From Patescibacteria group bacterium (GTDB taxonomy: Bacteria > Patescibacteriota > Microgenomatia > UBA12405), in contig WARW01000022.1 in NCBI GenBank assembly GCA_013387215.1, forward strand, positions 169,897 through 233,896: 64,000 bases of DNA, written 5' to 3'. Every line of letters begins with the position of its first letter. The first letter of the stretch is position 1. The translations under genes and the position numbers were made by a program. The notes beneath the pieces are model-generated. The model saw nothing but the letters and a program-made list of their open reading frames with translations, did not search any database and was not told the origin of the DNA. Positions 39,579 to 50,234 of the stretch are shown in pieces.

Positions 39579-40400
39579 TTAATAATTATCTTTTTCTAAG
39601 AGAAAATTAATGTGTGAAGCTACAATATTGTGTAAGACAGCGGCTTGTTCGGGAGTGTCCACGTTATGGCTATGATATTTGGGATCGTTTCTATTTTCTA
39701 AAGCATAAGTGGTCCGATCACCTTGAACACTGACAAAATTTAATATTCCCCTGTCATTAAAACCAAGATCTAGTAAATCTAAACCAAATCTACCGGCAAT
39801 ATTGTGAGCGTTATAGATAAATTTTTCCTGATAATAGGAATTAGTTACAGTATCCTGGCTTTCAAAATATTTTTTTGGTACTTTTAATCCGTCTGGTCCA
39901 AAACCACCTCCCATGCTTATTCTATTACCTCCGATATACGCATAGTCATTTTCATTCCAGATACTTTTTAGATACGAGGCACCTATTTCTTGAAAAATAA
40001 AAGCAGCATCAATAGTAGTTAAATTCTCTGCCTCATAGATGCCCTTTTCTTCAAAAGGAAAACTAGCTAAATGCAATTTTGAAATTGTATTTGTTTTGTT
40101 GTTTTTGATTTGAACTTCTTTGAGAACATTGTTTGGATCAAGTTTCAGGCTTTCCAATGAAAAATCCCAATCAGAACAAATTTTGGTGTAAAAATCTGTC
40201 ATTCTTTGAGGACTGATGGCTTTCAAATTATCGAGTTTTAATTCCCATTCTCTGGGTAAATTAAGACCGGTGATTTTAAAATCTTTTCCGGTACCATTGG
40301 CAACGATTTCCACTATTCTAAAATCACTTCCCCAAACATCTTCAGGATTTATTGGTATTTCCTGAGATATTCTGCGATCAAAGCCTGCTTCTTTATTCAT
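39579..40400 (-). CDS. Hypothetical protein
   Basis: 273 aa ORF, no recognised motif. Confidence 0.6.
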   Translation of the reverse strand: MNKEAGFDRRISQEIPINPEDVWGSDFRIVEIVANGTGKDFKITGLNLPREWELKLDNLKAISPQRMTDFYTKICSDWDFSLESLKLDPNNVLKEVQIKNNKTNTISKLHLASFPFEEKGIYEAENLTTIDAAFIFQEIGASYLKSIWNENDYAYIGGNRISMGGGFGPDGLKVPKKYFESQDTVTNSYYQEKFIYNAHNIAGRFGLDLLDLGFNDRGILNFVSVQGDRTTYALENRNDPKYHSHNVDTPEQAAVLHNIVASHINFLLEKDNY

Positions 40401-40458
40401 GGTGAAGATTAACCTATTGTTAGAACAATCTCAACCGATTGGATTGCGTCGTATAACC

Positions 40459-40485
40459 AAAAAGCCCCGCACGGATGCGGGGCTT
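40459..40485 (-). terminator. Terminator of the ribosomal superoperon
   Basis: AAGCCCCGCA-tccg-TGCGGGGCTT followed by a T run. Confidence 0.85.
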
Positions 40486-40502
40486 GTGAATACAAAAGTG
40501 TA

Positions 40503-40922
40503 TTAACGCTTTGGAGATTGCTTTTGGCGTCTAGCTTTACCGCCAGTACCAACCATTCTTCTTTCTCTAACGCGTGAATCAACAGTTAATAAACCAACTT
40601 CGTGTAAAGCAGGTTTGAAAACTTCATTGATGGCTTTGAGAGCGCGAGCTAATGCGAGCATTAAAGCTTCGACTTGACCTTGTTTGCCACCACCAGTAAC
40701 TTTAGCTTCAAAATGATATTTGCCTAAAGTTTGGGTAACTGCGAAAGGTTTATCGTAGTTAATTTTATCAGTAGCACCTGGGAAGTATTTATCGATAGCA
40801 ATTTTATTGACTAAAGTTTCACCTTTTCCAGAGAATAGCTTGACTGTAGCAACGGCAGATTTTCGTCGGCCGACTGCGTAAGTGTAAGTATTTTTAGTTG
40901 TTTTAGTTGTTTTTGCTGCCAT
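40503..40922 (-). CDS. rpsI: 30S ribosomal protein S9
   Basis: GRRKSAVA, GGG..GQ, RVRER..KARR..Q..KR. Confidence 0.97.
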   Translation of the reverse strand: MAAKTTKTTKNTYTYAVGRRKSAVATVKLFSGKGETLVNKIAIDKYFPGATDKINYDKPFAVTQTLGKYHFEAKVTGGGKQGQVEALMLALARALKAINEVFKPALHEVGLLTVDSRVRERRMVGTGGKARRQKQSPKR

Positions 40923-40927
40923 AGTCT

Positions 40928-41350
40928 TTATTTTGCTAATTTGTCAGCGTAAATGTGTTCAGCGCCAACAAAAACTTTTAATCGGGTCATTCTGACATCA
41001 CGGAGTTTATTTTTAGGAAGCATTCCTAAAACACCATGTTCAATAACTAAGCGTGGATCCTTTTTAAGTAATTCAGCTAAAGTTAATTCTTTTAAATGAC
41101 CAGCCCATGGAGTGTGATGGTAATAAACTTTTTGTTTGGTTTTATTACCAGTAGCAACGATTTCAGAGGCATTTATGGCAACAACATAGTCACCATCATC
41201 ACGATGATAAGAAAATGTTGGTTTATCTTTACCCATCAATAGTTTAGCTATTTCGGTACATGCACGACCAATTGATTTACCTTTAAGATCGATTAAGACC
41301 CAATTTCTTTCAACTGCGGCACCTTTTAATACGGTAGTTTTTGCGTTCAT
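40928..41350 (-). CDS. rplM: 50S ribosomal protein L13
   Basis: W.LID..GR..LMGKDKP, GDYVV, GMLPKN. Confidence 0.97.
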   Translation of the reverse strand: MNAKTTVLKGAAVERNWVLIDLKGKSIGRACTEIAKLLMGKDKPTFSYHRDDGDYVVAINASEIVATGNKTKQKVYYHHTPWAGHLKELTLAELLKKDPRLVIEHGVLGMLPKNKLRDVRMTRLKVFVGAEHIYADKLAK

Positions 41351-41832
41351 TATTTTGTCTCCTTTACAGCTTTAACTTTCTTGACGGTTTTAACTGCTTT
41401 TTTAGCGACAGTTTTCTTTGCTTTAGGTTCAACTTTTTCAACTGCAACTTCTTCTTTTTTAACAGAGAATTTGACTGGTTTAACAAAGCTTAACTTAACA
41501 ACTAAAGCATTATCACCATAGCGATATTTAATTTTAGTTACTTTAGTAAAGTTTGATTTTTGATCACCAAAAGTAGATTTGAATGTAGTGACAACATTAT
41601 TGACCCAAGTTTGATCTTGGAGATGTCTAAACATTTCGCGTCGAGCTGTTAATTCTGGCTTACTGACGATGGTTGAAGCTAATCTTTCCACTAATGGAAT
41701 GACTGCTTTTGCCTTTGCATCGGTAGTTTCGATTGAACCATGAGTGAACATGGATCGAGTCAAAGAACGGAACAAAGCTTGTCGTTCGTTGTGGTTTCTA
41801 CCTAATTTTTTTCCAAAAATACGATGTTTCAT
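41350..41832 (-). CDS. rplQ: 50S ribosomal protein L17 with Lys-rich tail
   Basis: MKHR..KKLGR..R.AL..IETT.AKAK. Confidence 0.95.
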   Translation of the reverse strand: MKHRIFGKKLGRNHNERQALFRSLTRSMFTHGSIETTDAKAKAVIPLVERLASTIVSKPELTARREMFRHLQDQTWVNNVVTTFKSTFGDQKSNFTKVTKIKYRYGDNALVVKLSFVKPVKFSVKKEEVAVEKVEPKAKKTVAKKAVKTVKKVKAVKETK

Positions 41833-41835
41833 AAT

Positions 41836-42753
41836 TTATTTCCAGGTAAAACCCCGTTCCTTTAACCAAGAGTCAATGATTTTTAATGATTTTTCACCAA
41901 CGTTTTTTGCTTTGCTAACATCGAGTCGGCCAGCTTTTAATAAAGCTTCAATGGTTGGATAACCAGCTTTTTTAAGAGCGTTAGTGACGCGAAGTGGTAA
42001 TTCAATTTCTTCTACAGAAATGTCAGAACCAGAATTTGATGGAGTTGAAGAAATAGTGATGACTTCATCTTCAAATTCTTTTGGATCAGCAATTTGGCTG
42101 TAAGAATTGATTAAATCGTTAGCAGCTAACTTAAGAGCATATAATGGATCAACTGAACCATCAGTCCAGATTTCCATGGTTAATTTGTCGTAGTTAGATT
42201 TTTTACCTAAACGAGTAGGTTCAACAGCGTAGTTAGTTTTGATAACTGGAGTGAAAGCGGCATCAAGGATGATTTCGCCAACAACATCAGTTTTTTGTTC
42301 TTTTGCTAAAGTGTATCCAACTCCTCTTTCAACGGTAAGATCCATTTTAAGAGTAGACTTGCTGTCTGCTAAAGTAGCAATGACTTGATCTGGGTTGGTA
42401 ACTTTACAAAGATCATTGTCGGTAATATCACCAGCGGTGACAACACCTGGACCTTTCTTTTCGAGGTGAAGCGTAATAGGTTCATCTTTGCTGTAGGCAA
42501 ATTTGATTTTTTTAAGATTCAAAGAAACTTCAACTAAATCTTCTTTAACACCTGGAAGAGTTGTAAAAAGATGGTTTGCACCATCGATTTTGATGCGAGT
42601 AATAGCAGCACCAGGAATAGTAATGAGAAGAACTCGTCGTAAACTATTTCCTAAGGTGTGGCCTAAACCGCCAAAAAGAGGACTAAGTTCGAACTTACCG
42701 TAGTTTTCGGAAGTCTTGACTGCTTTGATATTGAATTTGCTTGTATCAATCAT
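41836..42753 (-). CDS. rpoA: RNA polymerase alpha subunit
   Basis: GHTLGNSLRRVLL, GVKED, LDAAFTP, RVTNALK. Confidence 0.97.
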   Translation of the reverse strand: MIDTSKFNIKAVKTSENYGKFELSPLFGGLGHTLGNSLRRVLLITIPGAAITRIKIDGANHLFTTLPGVKEDLVEVSLNLKKIKFAYSKDEPITLHLEKKGPGVVTAGDITDNDLCKVTNPDQVIATLADSKSTLKMDLTVERGVGYTLAKEQKTDVVGEIILDAAFTPVIKTNYAVEPTRLGKKSNYDKLTMEIWTDGSVDPLYALKLAANDLINSYSQIADPKEFEDEVITISSTPSNSGSDISVEEIELPLRVTNALKKAGYPTIEALLKAGRLDVSKAKNVGEKSLKIIDSWLKERGFTWK

Positions 42754-42770
42754 ATGGTCTCCTTTAATTT

Positions 42771-43403
42771 TTATCTAGAATAATATTCAACAATTAAATT
42801 CACATCGATACCATTGGTTAATTCTTCACAAAGAGGCAAAGAAGTAACTTTGGCAGAGTGATCTTTTTTAATTACATCCAACCAACTTGGAGCTTTGAAG
42901 TCTGCATCTTTAATTGGCAAAATGTCTTGAAATTTTTCAATGATCTTTGGAGATAAAGCGATGGTATCACCGACTTTAAGTTCAGAAGATGCAATGTTTA
43001 ATGTTTTTCCGTTAACTAATACATGTCCATGACTAATTAATTGTTTTGCACTACTTCGAGAAAGAGAAAGACCAGATTTGTATATAGCATTATCAAGTCT
43101 TCTTTCCAATAAAACCATTAAGTTGTCACCAACAAGACCTTTAAGTCTTTTAGCTTTATCAAAATAGTTTCTGAATTGGGTTTCTTGAATTCCGTAAATT
43201 CTTTTAGCTTTTTGCTTAGCTCTGAGCTGAATACCGTAATCGGTAGGCTTGGAATTGGTTTTAACACCGTGCATACCAGGAGCAACTGCACCTTTCTTTT
43301 CTAAAGGACATTTAGCTGATAAACAACGATCACCTTTAAGGTAAAGTTTTGTGCCTTCTCTTCGACAGAGTCTGCATTTTGCGTCTAATGTAATTCTGGA
43401 CAT
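42771..43403 (-). CDS. rpsD: 30S ribosomal protein S4
   Basis: CRLCRREG, LERRLDN, IVEYYSR. Confidence 0.97.
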   Translation of the reverse strand: MSRITLDAKCRLCRREGTKLYLKGDRCLSAKCPLEKKGAVAPGMHGVKTNSKPTDYGIQLRAKQKAKRIYGIQETQFRNYFDKAKRLKGLVGDNLMVLLERRLDNAIYKSGLSLSRSSAKQLISHGHVLVNGKTLNIASSELKVGDTIALSPKIIEKFQDILPIKDADFKAPSWLDVIKKDHSAKVTSLPLCEELTNGIDVNLIVEYYSR

Positions 43404-43434
43404 AAATTAGTTTAAAAAGTTATTAAAGGATAAA

Positions 43435-43854
43435 TTAAACACGGCGTTGTTTTGGAGGTCGTGGACCATTGTGTGGAATGGGAGTGACATCAGAGATCAT
43501 ATCGATATCGAAATCTCTCTTGGTCCGGAGGTAACGCAAAGCTGCATCACGACCAGCACCAGGACCTTTCAAATAAACTGCTAATTTTTTAACACCGTAT
43601 TTTTTAGCTTCTTCAAGGGTTTTTTCAATTGCAGTAGTAGCGGCAAATGGAGTTGATTTTCTTGCACCCTTAAATCCACAATGACCTGCACTTGACCAAG
43701 CCAAGCTTCGACCTTTAGTGTCGGTTACTGTAACAATAGTGTTATTAAAAGAAGATTGAATATATAATCTGCCTTCAGCAACGTTTTTGTAGGTTTTTTT
43801 CTTAGCTACAGTTTTGTTAGCGGTAGTAGTTGATGTAGTAGTTTTTTCTGCCAT
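43435..43854 (-). CDS. rpsK: 30S ribosomal protein S11
   Basis: SFNNTIV, KSTPFAA, DVTPIPHNG. Confidence 0.97.
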   Translation of the reverse strand: MAEKTTTSTTTANKTVAKKKTYKNVAEGRLYIQSSFNNTIVTVTDTKGRSLAWSSAGHCGFKGARKSTPFAATTAIEKTLEEAKKYGVKKLAVYLKGPGAGRDAALRYLRTKRDFDIDMISDVTPIPHNGPRPPKQRRV

Positions 43855-43868
43855 ATTATTTTAAATGT

Positions 43869-44288
43869 TTATTTTGAAGAACCGCCAGATGCAGCTTTTT
43901 GTTGAGCTTCGATTTTTGCCCAAGCTTCCTTGGTTAACGAACCGACTGTCTTCTTCTTACCTTTTCGGGTACGAGAGTTGGTTTTAGTGCGTTGACCATG
44001 AACTGGTAAACTAACGATATGACGAATTCCTCGGTATGTTCGGATAGCTTTTAACCGATCAATGTTTTCACGAATTTCTTTTTTAAGATCACCTTCGATT
44101 TTAAAAGTTTCGAGGGCTTTCATTAAGTTGGCAACATCATCACGAGTAAGATCTTTGATACGAGTATCTAAATTTATACCGGCTGCTTTAGCCAAAGTTT
44201 TAACATTAGTTTTTCCGATACCAAAAAAACGAGTTAAGCCGATTTGGGCTCTTTCGTTATCTGGAATTTCAACACCGACAATTCTCAT
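43869..44288 (-). CDS. rpsM: 30S ribosomal protein S13 (true start ATG44288)
   Basis: MRIVGV, EGDL, YRGIRH..LPVHGQRTKTNSRTRKG. Confidence 0.96.
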   Translation of the reverse strand: MRIVGVEIPDNERAQIGLTRFFGIGKTNVKTLAKAAGINLDTRIKDLTRDDVANLMKALETFKIEGDLKKEIRENIDRLKAIRTYRGIRHIVSLPVHGQRTKTNSRTRKGKKKTVGSLTKEAWAKIEAQQKAASGGSSK

Positions 44289-44296
44289 ATTAATAG

Positions 44297-44410
44297 TTAA
44301 CCCTGTTTCTGGGTATGCTTTTTTGTAGAACAAATAATACGTCGTGCTCCTCTTCGGATCACAATTTTACAATTTTTACAGCGACGTTTGATACTAGATT
44401 TGACTTTCAT
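44297..44410 (-). CDS. rpmJ: 50S ribosomal protein L36 (37 aa), not in the ORF track
   Basis: MKVKSSIKRRCKNCKIVIRRGARRIICSTKKHTQKQG. Confidence 0.96.
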   Translation of the reverse strand: MKVKSSIKRRCKNCKIVIRRGARRIICSTKKHTQKQG

Positions 44411-44466
44411 AGGAACTTGGATATTGTAACCTAAAAAGATCACAATATCAAAGACTAAATTTAAAT

Positions 44467-44673
44467 TTATATGCGATAGACGATCCGGCCCTTTTCACCT
44501 TCTGGACTTAAGACCATTGAAACAAAATCACCAGCCATAACCCGGATATGGTTCATTCTGAGTTTTCCGGCTAAATGAGCAATGATTTCGTTACCGTTTT
44601 CGAGTTTAACGCGAAATAGTGCATTAGGCAATACCTCTGTTACTTGTCCTTTGACTGTTGGTTCTTTTGGCAT
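44467..44673 (-). CDS. infA: Translation initiation factor IF-1
   Basis: [29 protein letters not shown]. Confidence 0.97.
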   Translation of the reverse strand: MPKEPTVKGQVTEVLPNALFRVKLENGNEIIAHLAGKLRMNHIRVMAGDFVSMVLSPEGEKGRIVYRI

Positions 44674-44679
44674 AATTGG

Positions 44680-45264
44680 TTATTTACTAATTTTATCAAT
44701 AATTTGGCAAATGTCACCAATAATAGGCTCAACAGGACGATTACCATCCACCTTGATTAATCTTTCGGATCGAGAAAAATAATCTAAGATTGGATTAATG
44801 GTATCGTCATATGATTTTTGACGTTGAGCAATAGCTTCAGGAGTGTTATCGGTACGAGCGGCATCTTGGAATGTTTGGCCAAGTCTTTGCCGACGAGCCA
44901 TGATTTCCTCAAAGGTGACATCTAAAAATATTAAGGCAGACATAGGTTTGTTGTTTGATTTCAAATAGGCTTCGATTTCTTCACCTTGAATTAACATTCG
45001 AGGGAATCCATCGACAATGAAGTTTTCATTGTTAACTTTTTGAAGATTATCCTTAAGAATGGCGATAACGAGATCATCTGGAGCCCAGATGCCTTGATCG
45101 ACATAAGATTGAGCTTTGAGGCCAAGTTCTGATTTGGCAGCCATTTCATCTCTTAATAATTGACCCATGGAAAAATGTTTTAAGTTGTATTTTTCAGCAA
45201 TAAGCTTGGCTTGAGTGCTTTTGCCGCAACCTGATGGACCGATGATGAATAAGTTTAATGACAT
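44680..45264 (-). CDS. adk: Adenylate kinase (short LID)
   Basis: GPSGCGKSTQA, GQLLR, DGFPR; located after secY. Confidence 0.9.
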   Translation of the reverse strand: MSLNLFIIGPSGCGKSTQAKLIAEKYNLKHFSMGQLLRDEMAAKSELGLKAQSYVDQGIWAPDDLVIAILKDNLQKVNNENFIVDGFPRMLIQGEEIEAYLKSNNKPMSALIFLDVTFEEIMARRQRLGQTFQDAARTDNTPEAIAQRQKSYDDTINPILDYFSRSERLIKVDGNRPVEPIIGDICQIIDKISK

Positions 45265-45279
45265 TTTATTTTTTGGTAA

Positions 45280-46560
45280 TTAATAAGAAATTTTTTCGTA
45301 ATTATACATTTGGACTACATTCTCAAGCCGACGAGTCAATTCAATGACCACTGAGACAACGATAAGAACACTGGTACCACCAATAGTTAAAGTGGTAATT
45401 CCGGTAATTTTTTGGACCACTGATGGAGCCACAGCAATAAAACCTAGGAAGACAGCTCCAATTATAATGACACGATTAATTAAAAATTGAAGTCTTTTTT
45501 CTGTAGCAATACCAGGTCTGATGCCAGGCATAAATCCACCGGATTTTCTTAATTCATCGGCAATATCTTTGGGTTTGAAAATAACTGAGGTGTAGAAAAA
45601 GGTAAAGCCAATAACTAAAAAGAAGTAGAAAACCATGTAGACATATGAGCCAGTTTTAAAGAAATCAGCCAAAGCTAGGGCAAAACTAGAAATTAAATGA
45701 TTGGGAACTTTCCCGAGGAACTGTCCAATAAGAGATGGTGCAGTGGCTAAGGATACGGCAAAGATAATAGGCATGACTCCGGCAGTATTTACTTTAATAG
45801 GCAAATAAGTGACTTGAGCCCGTTTAGCATAGTGAATAGGAATTCTTAAAACTGCTTCCTCAACCATAACGATACCAATAACCAAAGCGACGGCTAAAAG
45901 TGCAAAAATAAGCATATTTAAGCCAGTCTGAGGGTTATTGAAATCAGAAATACTGAGGGTCTTGAGGAAACCAGTTGGAAGTCTTGAGACGATACCGGCA
46001 AAGATCAACATAGAAATTCCATTGCCAACACCAAAAGTATTGATGAGTTCACCAAGGAAAATCATGATCATGGTGCCAGCAACCATACTGACAATCATGG
46101 CTACTATAGTAATAGGAGTAAAGGTGGTGATGATATTTTGAGATTTCAAAATAGCAAACATACCCAAAGCATTGACGATAGCAAACGGAATTGTGGCAAT
46201 ACGGGTGTACTGATTAATTTTAGCCCGGCCATATTCCCCTTCTTTTTGGAGTTCTTCAATTTGAGGGAAAACAAGACCGAGAAGCTGCATCATAACCGAA
46301 GCATTGATATAGGGATTTAAACCTAGAGCAGCAATCGAGAAATTAGCAAGAGTACCACCGGAAAAAATGTCCAATAATGATAAAAGTTGATTTTGTGAAA
46401 AAAATCTTTGGAGAAGAGCTAAATTGACACCTGGAACTGGAACGTGAGCTATAAATCTAAAGAGGATTAAAATCCCCAAAGTGATTAGTAATTTTTTCCT
46501 AAATATTGGAGTTTTTATTCCTTCAATATAAAGAGACAGGGCCTTAGTTAGCTGGTTCAT
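45280..46560 (-). CDS. secY: Preprotein translocase SecY
   Basis: [46 protein letters not shown]. Confidence 0.98.
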   Translation of the reverse strand: MNQLTKALSLYIEGIKTPIFRKKLLITLGILILFRFIAHVPVPGVNLALLQRFFSQNQLLSLLDIFSGGTLANFSIAALGLNPYINASVMMQLLGLVFPQIEELQKEGEYGRAKINQYTRIATIPFAIVNALGMFAILKSQNIITTFTPITIVAMIVSMVAGTMIMIFLGELINTFGVGNGISMLIFAGIVSRLPTGFLKTLSISDFNNPQTGLNMLIFALLAVALVIGIVMVEEAVLRIPIHYAKRAQVTYLPIKVNTAGVMPIIFAVSLATAPSLIGQFLGKVPNHLISSFALALADFFKTGSYVYMVFYFFLVIGFTFFYTSVIFKPKDIADELRKSGGFMPGIRPGIATEKRLQFLINRVIIIGAVFLGFIAVAPSVVQKITGITTLTIGGTSVLIVVSVVIELTRRLENVVQMYNYEKISY

Positions 46561-47009
46561 TATTCTATATTACCACCCAATGCGATTATTTTTTTACTTG
46601 CACTTTCAGATACTAAAATTCCCTTAATAGTAAGTTTTTTTGTTAGCTTACCATCAGCAAGAATTTTAATTCTGCCATTAAGATCTTTTATAGATAATTT
46701 AGCTTTTTTAGTTAAAGTGTTTAAATCGACAGTTTCGCCAGCTTTAAACCATTTTTCGAGTTGACCAAGATTTACAGAAGCGAATTCGCATCTTTTATTG
46801 GTTCGATTTTTACCTCTCATAAAAGGAAGTCTTTTGATCCAGGATTTCTTGATTTTTGTTCCGTCAAAAGTTAATTTGGTTTTACCTCTGACTTTGTCAC
46901 CTTTAGCACCACGGCCAGTTGTGTGACCACCATTACCAGAACCGATTCCTCGGCCGACTCTTCTTTTTTGTTTAGTAGTAGTTTTTTCTAATTGATGTAG
47001 GATTTCCAT
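46560..47009 (-). CDS. rplO: 50S ribosomal protein L15
   Basis: [18 protein letters not shown]. Confidence 0.95.
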   Translation of the reverse strand: MEILHQLEKTTTKQKRRVGRGIGSGNGGHTTGRGAKGDKVRGKTKLTFDGTKIKKSWIKRLPFMRGKNRTNKRCEFASVNLGQLEKWFKAGETVDLNTLTKKAKLSIKDLNGRIKILADGKLTKKLTIKGILVSESASKKIIALGGNIE

Positions 47010-47010
47010 A

Positions 47011-47490
47011 TTATTTCTTCAACATTGAAAGAGCTTTAAGTGTAGCCCAGACGTTTATTGATTTATTCTTAGAACCAATAATTTTTGATACGACATCTTT
47101 GATACCTGCTAATTCAACAACAGATCGGACAGGACCGCCGGCAATGAGACCGCTTCCCTGTTTACCTGGACGAATTAAAACGATAGCACCTTTAAATTTA
47201 AGTTGGAGTGAACCAGGAATAGTGCCATTAATAATTGGAACATTAATCATGGATTTTTGTGCTTTTTTGATACCTTTTTGGATAGCTTCAGCAACACTTT
47301 TTGCTTTACCAAGACCGACACCGACTCGAGATTTCTTGTCTCCAGAGACAACTAATGCAGTAAAGTGGATTTGGTTTCCACCTTTAGTTTTTTTAGATAC
47401 TCTTTTGATTTGAACTACTTTATCAGAAAATTCACTGACTGGTTTTTCTGGTCTTTCGAATCTTTTATTTTGTTGATTATTTGGTGCCAT
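47011..47490 (-). CDS. rpsE: 30S ribosomal protein S5
   Basis: KRVSKKTKGG, ALVVSGD, GLIAGG. Confidence 0.97.
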   Translation of the reverse strand: MAPNNQQNKRFERPEKPVSEFSDKVVQIKRVSKKTKGGNQIHFTALVVSGDKKSRVGVGLGKAKSVAEAIQKGIKKAQKSMINVPIINGTIPGSLQLKFKGAIVLIRPGKQGSGLIAGGPVRSVVELAGIKDVVSKIIGSKNKSINVWATLKALSMLKK

Positions 47491-47493
47491 ATT

Positions 47494-47838
47494 TTAAAAA
47501 TTTAAACCTTTAGATCGAGCACCTTCAGCAAGGGCCTTAACTCGACCATGATAGCGGTAAGCGCCACGGTCAAATCTAATATTTTTAATTTTCTTTTCTT
47601 GAGCTAAGCTAGCGATAGCTTCACCAACAGCGAAGGCTTTTTCAACTTTGGTACCTTTTAATTTTTCAACGCTTTTTGTGGAGGCTGAAACTAAAGTTCG
47701 GCCGTGTTTATCGTCGACTATTTGGGCCCAAATATGTTGGTTGCTTCGGAAAACAGAAAGACGAGGAATACCCAAATTAAGGGCTAATTTGCCTCTGACT
47801 CTTTTTGCTCTTCTAAGTTTTGCGTTATGTGTAATCAT
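47494..47838 (-). CDS. rplR: 50S ribosomal protein L18
   Basis: PRLSVFRSN, FDRGAYRYHGRVKALA. Confidence 0.97.
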   Translation of the reverse strand: MITHNAKLRRAKRVRGKLALNLGIPRLSVFRSNQHIWAQIVDDKHGRTLVSASTKSVEKLKGTKVEKAFAVGEAIASLAQEKKIKNIRFDRGAYRYHGRVKALAEGARSKGLNF

Positions 47839-47846
47839 GGTTTTAA

Positions 47847-48386
47847 TTAGGCTTTAGCTTTTTTACCAGCCTTAAGTTTTATAAATTCGTCAATATATCG
47901 AATACCTTTACCCTTGTAAGGTTCAGGTGGTTTGACTTTGCGAATATTACTAGCTACTTGGCCAACCATAGTTCGGTCAGCACCAGAAACAGTAATTTTT
48001 GTATCGTCTGCAACTTGGAATTGTACTCCAGTTGGAGCAACAATATCAACTGGGTGAATAAATCCGACATTTAATCTGATTTTATTACCATTGAGTTGAA
48101 CTTTATAACCAGTTCCTCGGACTTCCAATTCTTTTTTCCAATTGGTTTGAACACCAAGGATCATATTATTAATATGAGCACGAGTTGTGCCATGGTTAGC
48201 TCGGGTTTTTTTGTCTTCGCCAAGGCGAGTAACAACAACTTGACCATCGATTATTTCAACTTTAATTCGAGGGGCAACAATTAAGTCGATATTACCTTTT
48301 GGACCAGTAACATTAACTTTGTTGTCATTGATAGTGACAGTGACTCCGGCAGGGATAGTGATTGGTTGTTTACCTATTCTGGACAT
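47847..48386 (-). CDS. rplF: 50S ribosomal protein L6
   Basis: MSRIGKQP, PEPYKGKGIRY. Confidence 0.97.
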   Translation of the reverse strand: MSRIGKQPITIPAGVTVTINDNKVNVTGPKGNIDLIVAPRIKVEIIDGQVVVTRLGEDKKTRANHGTTRAHINNMILGVQTNWKKELEVRGTGYKVQLNGNKIRLNVGFIHPVDIVAPTGVQFQVADDTKITVSGADRTMVGQVASNIRKVKPPEPYKGKGIRYIDEFIKLKAGKKAKA

Positions 48387-48391
48387 AGTCG

Positions 48392-48781
48392 TTAATAAAT
48401 TTCTGCGATAACTTCTCCGCCTAAACCTTTGGTTTTAGCCTCTTTTTGAGACATAACACCACTGGAGGTGGAGATAATAATTAATGATTTAGGAGTTTTG
48501 CCCCAAGGTAAGGAAGAAGATTTTTCATAAAGTCTTCGGCCAGGCTTGGAGAAAAGTTGGACATCAGAAACTTTTGGCTCACTATTTTCGTAAGCGAGTT
48601 TAAGAGTCATAACTTTTTTGACATCACCTTCAATAGAAAAATCAGTAATGAAGCTGTATCTTTTCAATAATTCAGCCATGCTGACAGTGAAGTTGGAAAC
48701 AGGAGCATCAATGGTTTTTCTACCTGCTCGGTAGCCATTTTTAATTCTAATTAAGAAATCAGTTGAGATTGATTGCATCAT
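48392..48781 (-). CDS. rpsH: 30S ribosomal protein S8
   Basis: D.LIRIKN, SKPGRRLY, ISTSSGVM, GGEV. Confidence 0.96.
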   Translation of the reverse strand: MMQSISTDFLIRIKNGYRAGRKTIDAPVSNFTVSMAELLKRYSFITDFSIEGDVKKVMTLKLAYENSEPKVSDVQLFSKPGRRLYEKSSSLPWGKTPKSLIIISTSSGVMSQKEAKTKGLGGEVIAEIY

Positions 48782-48793
48782 ATATTTTTAAAT

Positions 48794-48979
48794 TTACCAG
48801 CTGGCTTTTCTTACACCAGGAAGCATCCCTTGATGTGCCAATTTGCGGAAGCAAAGACGGCAAACGCCAAATAAACGAATAAATCCACGAGGACGACCAC
48901 AGATATGACAACGATTATGATGTCGTACGCTAAATTTTAGTTTTTTATCTTCTCTGACAATTTTTGCTGTAGTAGCCAT
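48794..48979 (-). CDS. rpsN: 30S ribosomal protein S14, zinc-binding type Z
   Basis: [22 protein letters not shown]. Confidence 0.96.
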   Translation of the reverse strand: MATTAKIVREDKKLKFSVRHHNRCHICGRPRGFIRLFGVCRLCFRKLAHQGMLPGVRKASW

Positions 48980-48981
48980 AG

Positions 48982-49530
48982 TTAGTTATTTTCCTTTTTT
49001 TCAAATGGAAGACCTAGGGTCGATAGTAACATTTTTGAATCTTCTTTTGAAGAGGCAGTTATACCTAATGTTACCTGAATAGATCTAATATGATTTATTT
49101 TATCAAGATTGATCTCTGGGAAATAGGTTTGATCTTTAATAGTAAAGTTATAATTACCTTCAGAATCAAAAGCATTTAATGGAAGACCTTTAAAGTCACG
49201 CAAACGAGGTAAAACTATATTGAATAGCTTTTCAACGAAATCGTACATTCTGGCACCTCTTAAAGTAACTTTAAGAGCTAATGGATCACCTTGTCTGACT
49301 TTGAATGAAGAAACTGCTTTTTTAGCGCGGCAAAGTTTTGGTTTTTGACCGGTAATAGCAACGATTTCATTGGTAGCAGCTGCGAGTGATTCTTGACTTT
49401 CACGAGCATCGTTAACGCGGTAATTGATAACCACTTTATCAAGGCGTGGCAAAGAGAAAACGTTTCTTTTGGAACCGAGTTCTTTGGTCAAGGTTTCTTT
49501 AACAGTGGTATTAATAATATTTTTTAACAT
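48982..49530 (-). CDS. rplE: 50S ribosomal protein L5
   Basis: [25 protein letters not shown]. Confidence 0.97.
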   Translation of the reverse strand: MLKNIINTTVKETLTKELGSKRNVFSLPRLDKVVINYRVNDARESQESLAAATNEIVAITGQKPKLCRAKKAVSSFKVRQGDPLALKVTLRGARMYDFVEKLFNIVLPRLRDFKGLPLNAFDSEGNYNFTIKDQTYFPEINLDKINHIRSIQVTLGITASSKEDSKMLLSTLGLPFEKKENN

Positions 49531-49532
49531 AA

Positions 49533-49859
49533 TTATTTTTTAATCGTGGTGTTTGGAATGAGAGCTTCGCATTTTTTGCAAAATCTGTATTTTTCACCGG
49601 ATTTATCAATTTTATAACCAACACGAGTTGCTTTTTTACATTCTGGGCAAATTAAGGCAACTTTTGAAACTAAAAGGGCTCTTTCTTTTTCAATAATACC
49701 GCCTTTTTGACCTTGAGATGGCTTAACGTGTTTTTTAAAGATATTTAAATCTTTGACAACGATTTTACCTTTTTTTGGCATAGTCATTAAGACTTCACCA
49801 TCACGGTTTTTATCTTTGCCGATAAGTACTTTAACTTTATCACCTTTAAGTATTTTCAT
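49533..49859 (-). CDS. rplX: 50S ribosomal protein L24
   Basis: KGDKVKVLIGKDK, KKHVKP, GGIIEKE. Confidence 0.96.
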   Translation of the reverse strand: MKILKGDKVKVLIGKDKNRDGEVLMTMPKKGKIVVKDLNIFKKHVKPSQGQKGGIIEKERALLVSKVALICPECKKATRVGYKIDKSGEKYRFCKKCEALIPNTTIKK

Positions 49860-49860
49860 A

Positions 49861-50232
49861 TTAGTACACCTCTTGAGCCATGGAGGCTATTTTATTAAAT
49901 CCTAAATCTTTAATTTCACGAGCAATTGGCCCGAAGATACGAGTACCTCGTGGGTTATTTTGAGAATCAATTATAACACCTGCATTATCGCTAAAACGAA
50001 TGTATGATCCATCAGCTCGGCCAAATTCTTTTCTGGTTCGAACAATAACCATTTTAACTTTTTCTTTTTTCTTAACTAAACCGTTTGGAATAGCATCTTT
50101 AACAACAGCAAGAACGATATCACCAATTGATCCTTTCTTGTGGAAATGACCTCGGTAGACATGGACAACTTGGACGAGTTTAGCGCCGCAATTGTCTGCT
50201 GGTTTCATTATAGTTCTTAATTGGACTGACAT
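49861..50232 (-). CDS. rplN: 50S ribosomal protein L14
   Basis: ADNCGAK, IRFSDNA, PRGTRIFGP. Confidence 0.97.
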   Translation of the reverse strand: MSVQLRTIMKPADNCGAKLVQVVHVYRGHFHKKGSIGDIVLAVVKDAIPNGLVKKKEKVKMVIVRTRKEFGRADGSYIRFSDNAGVIIDSQNNPRGTRIFGPIAREIKDLGFNKIASMAQEVY

Positions 50233-50234
50233 AA

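Noticed and set aside
31573-40400. tRNA-anchored genomic island or prophage
   Set aside because: No integrase, no repeat of the tRNA 3' end seen, and housekeeping genes (ppa, uppP) are interspersed
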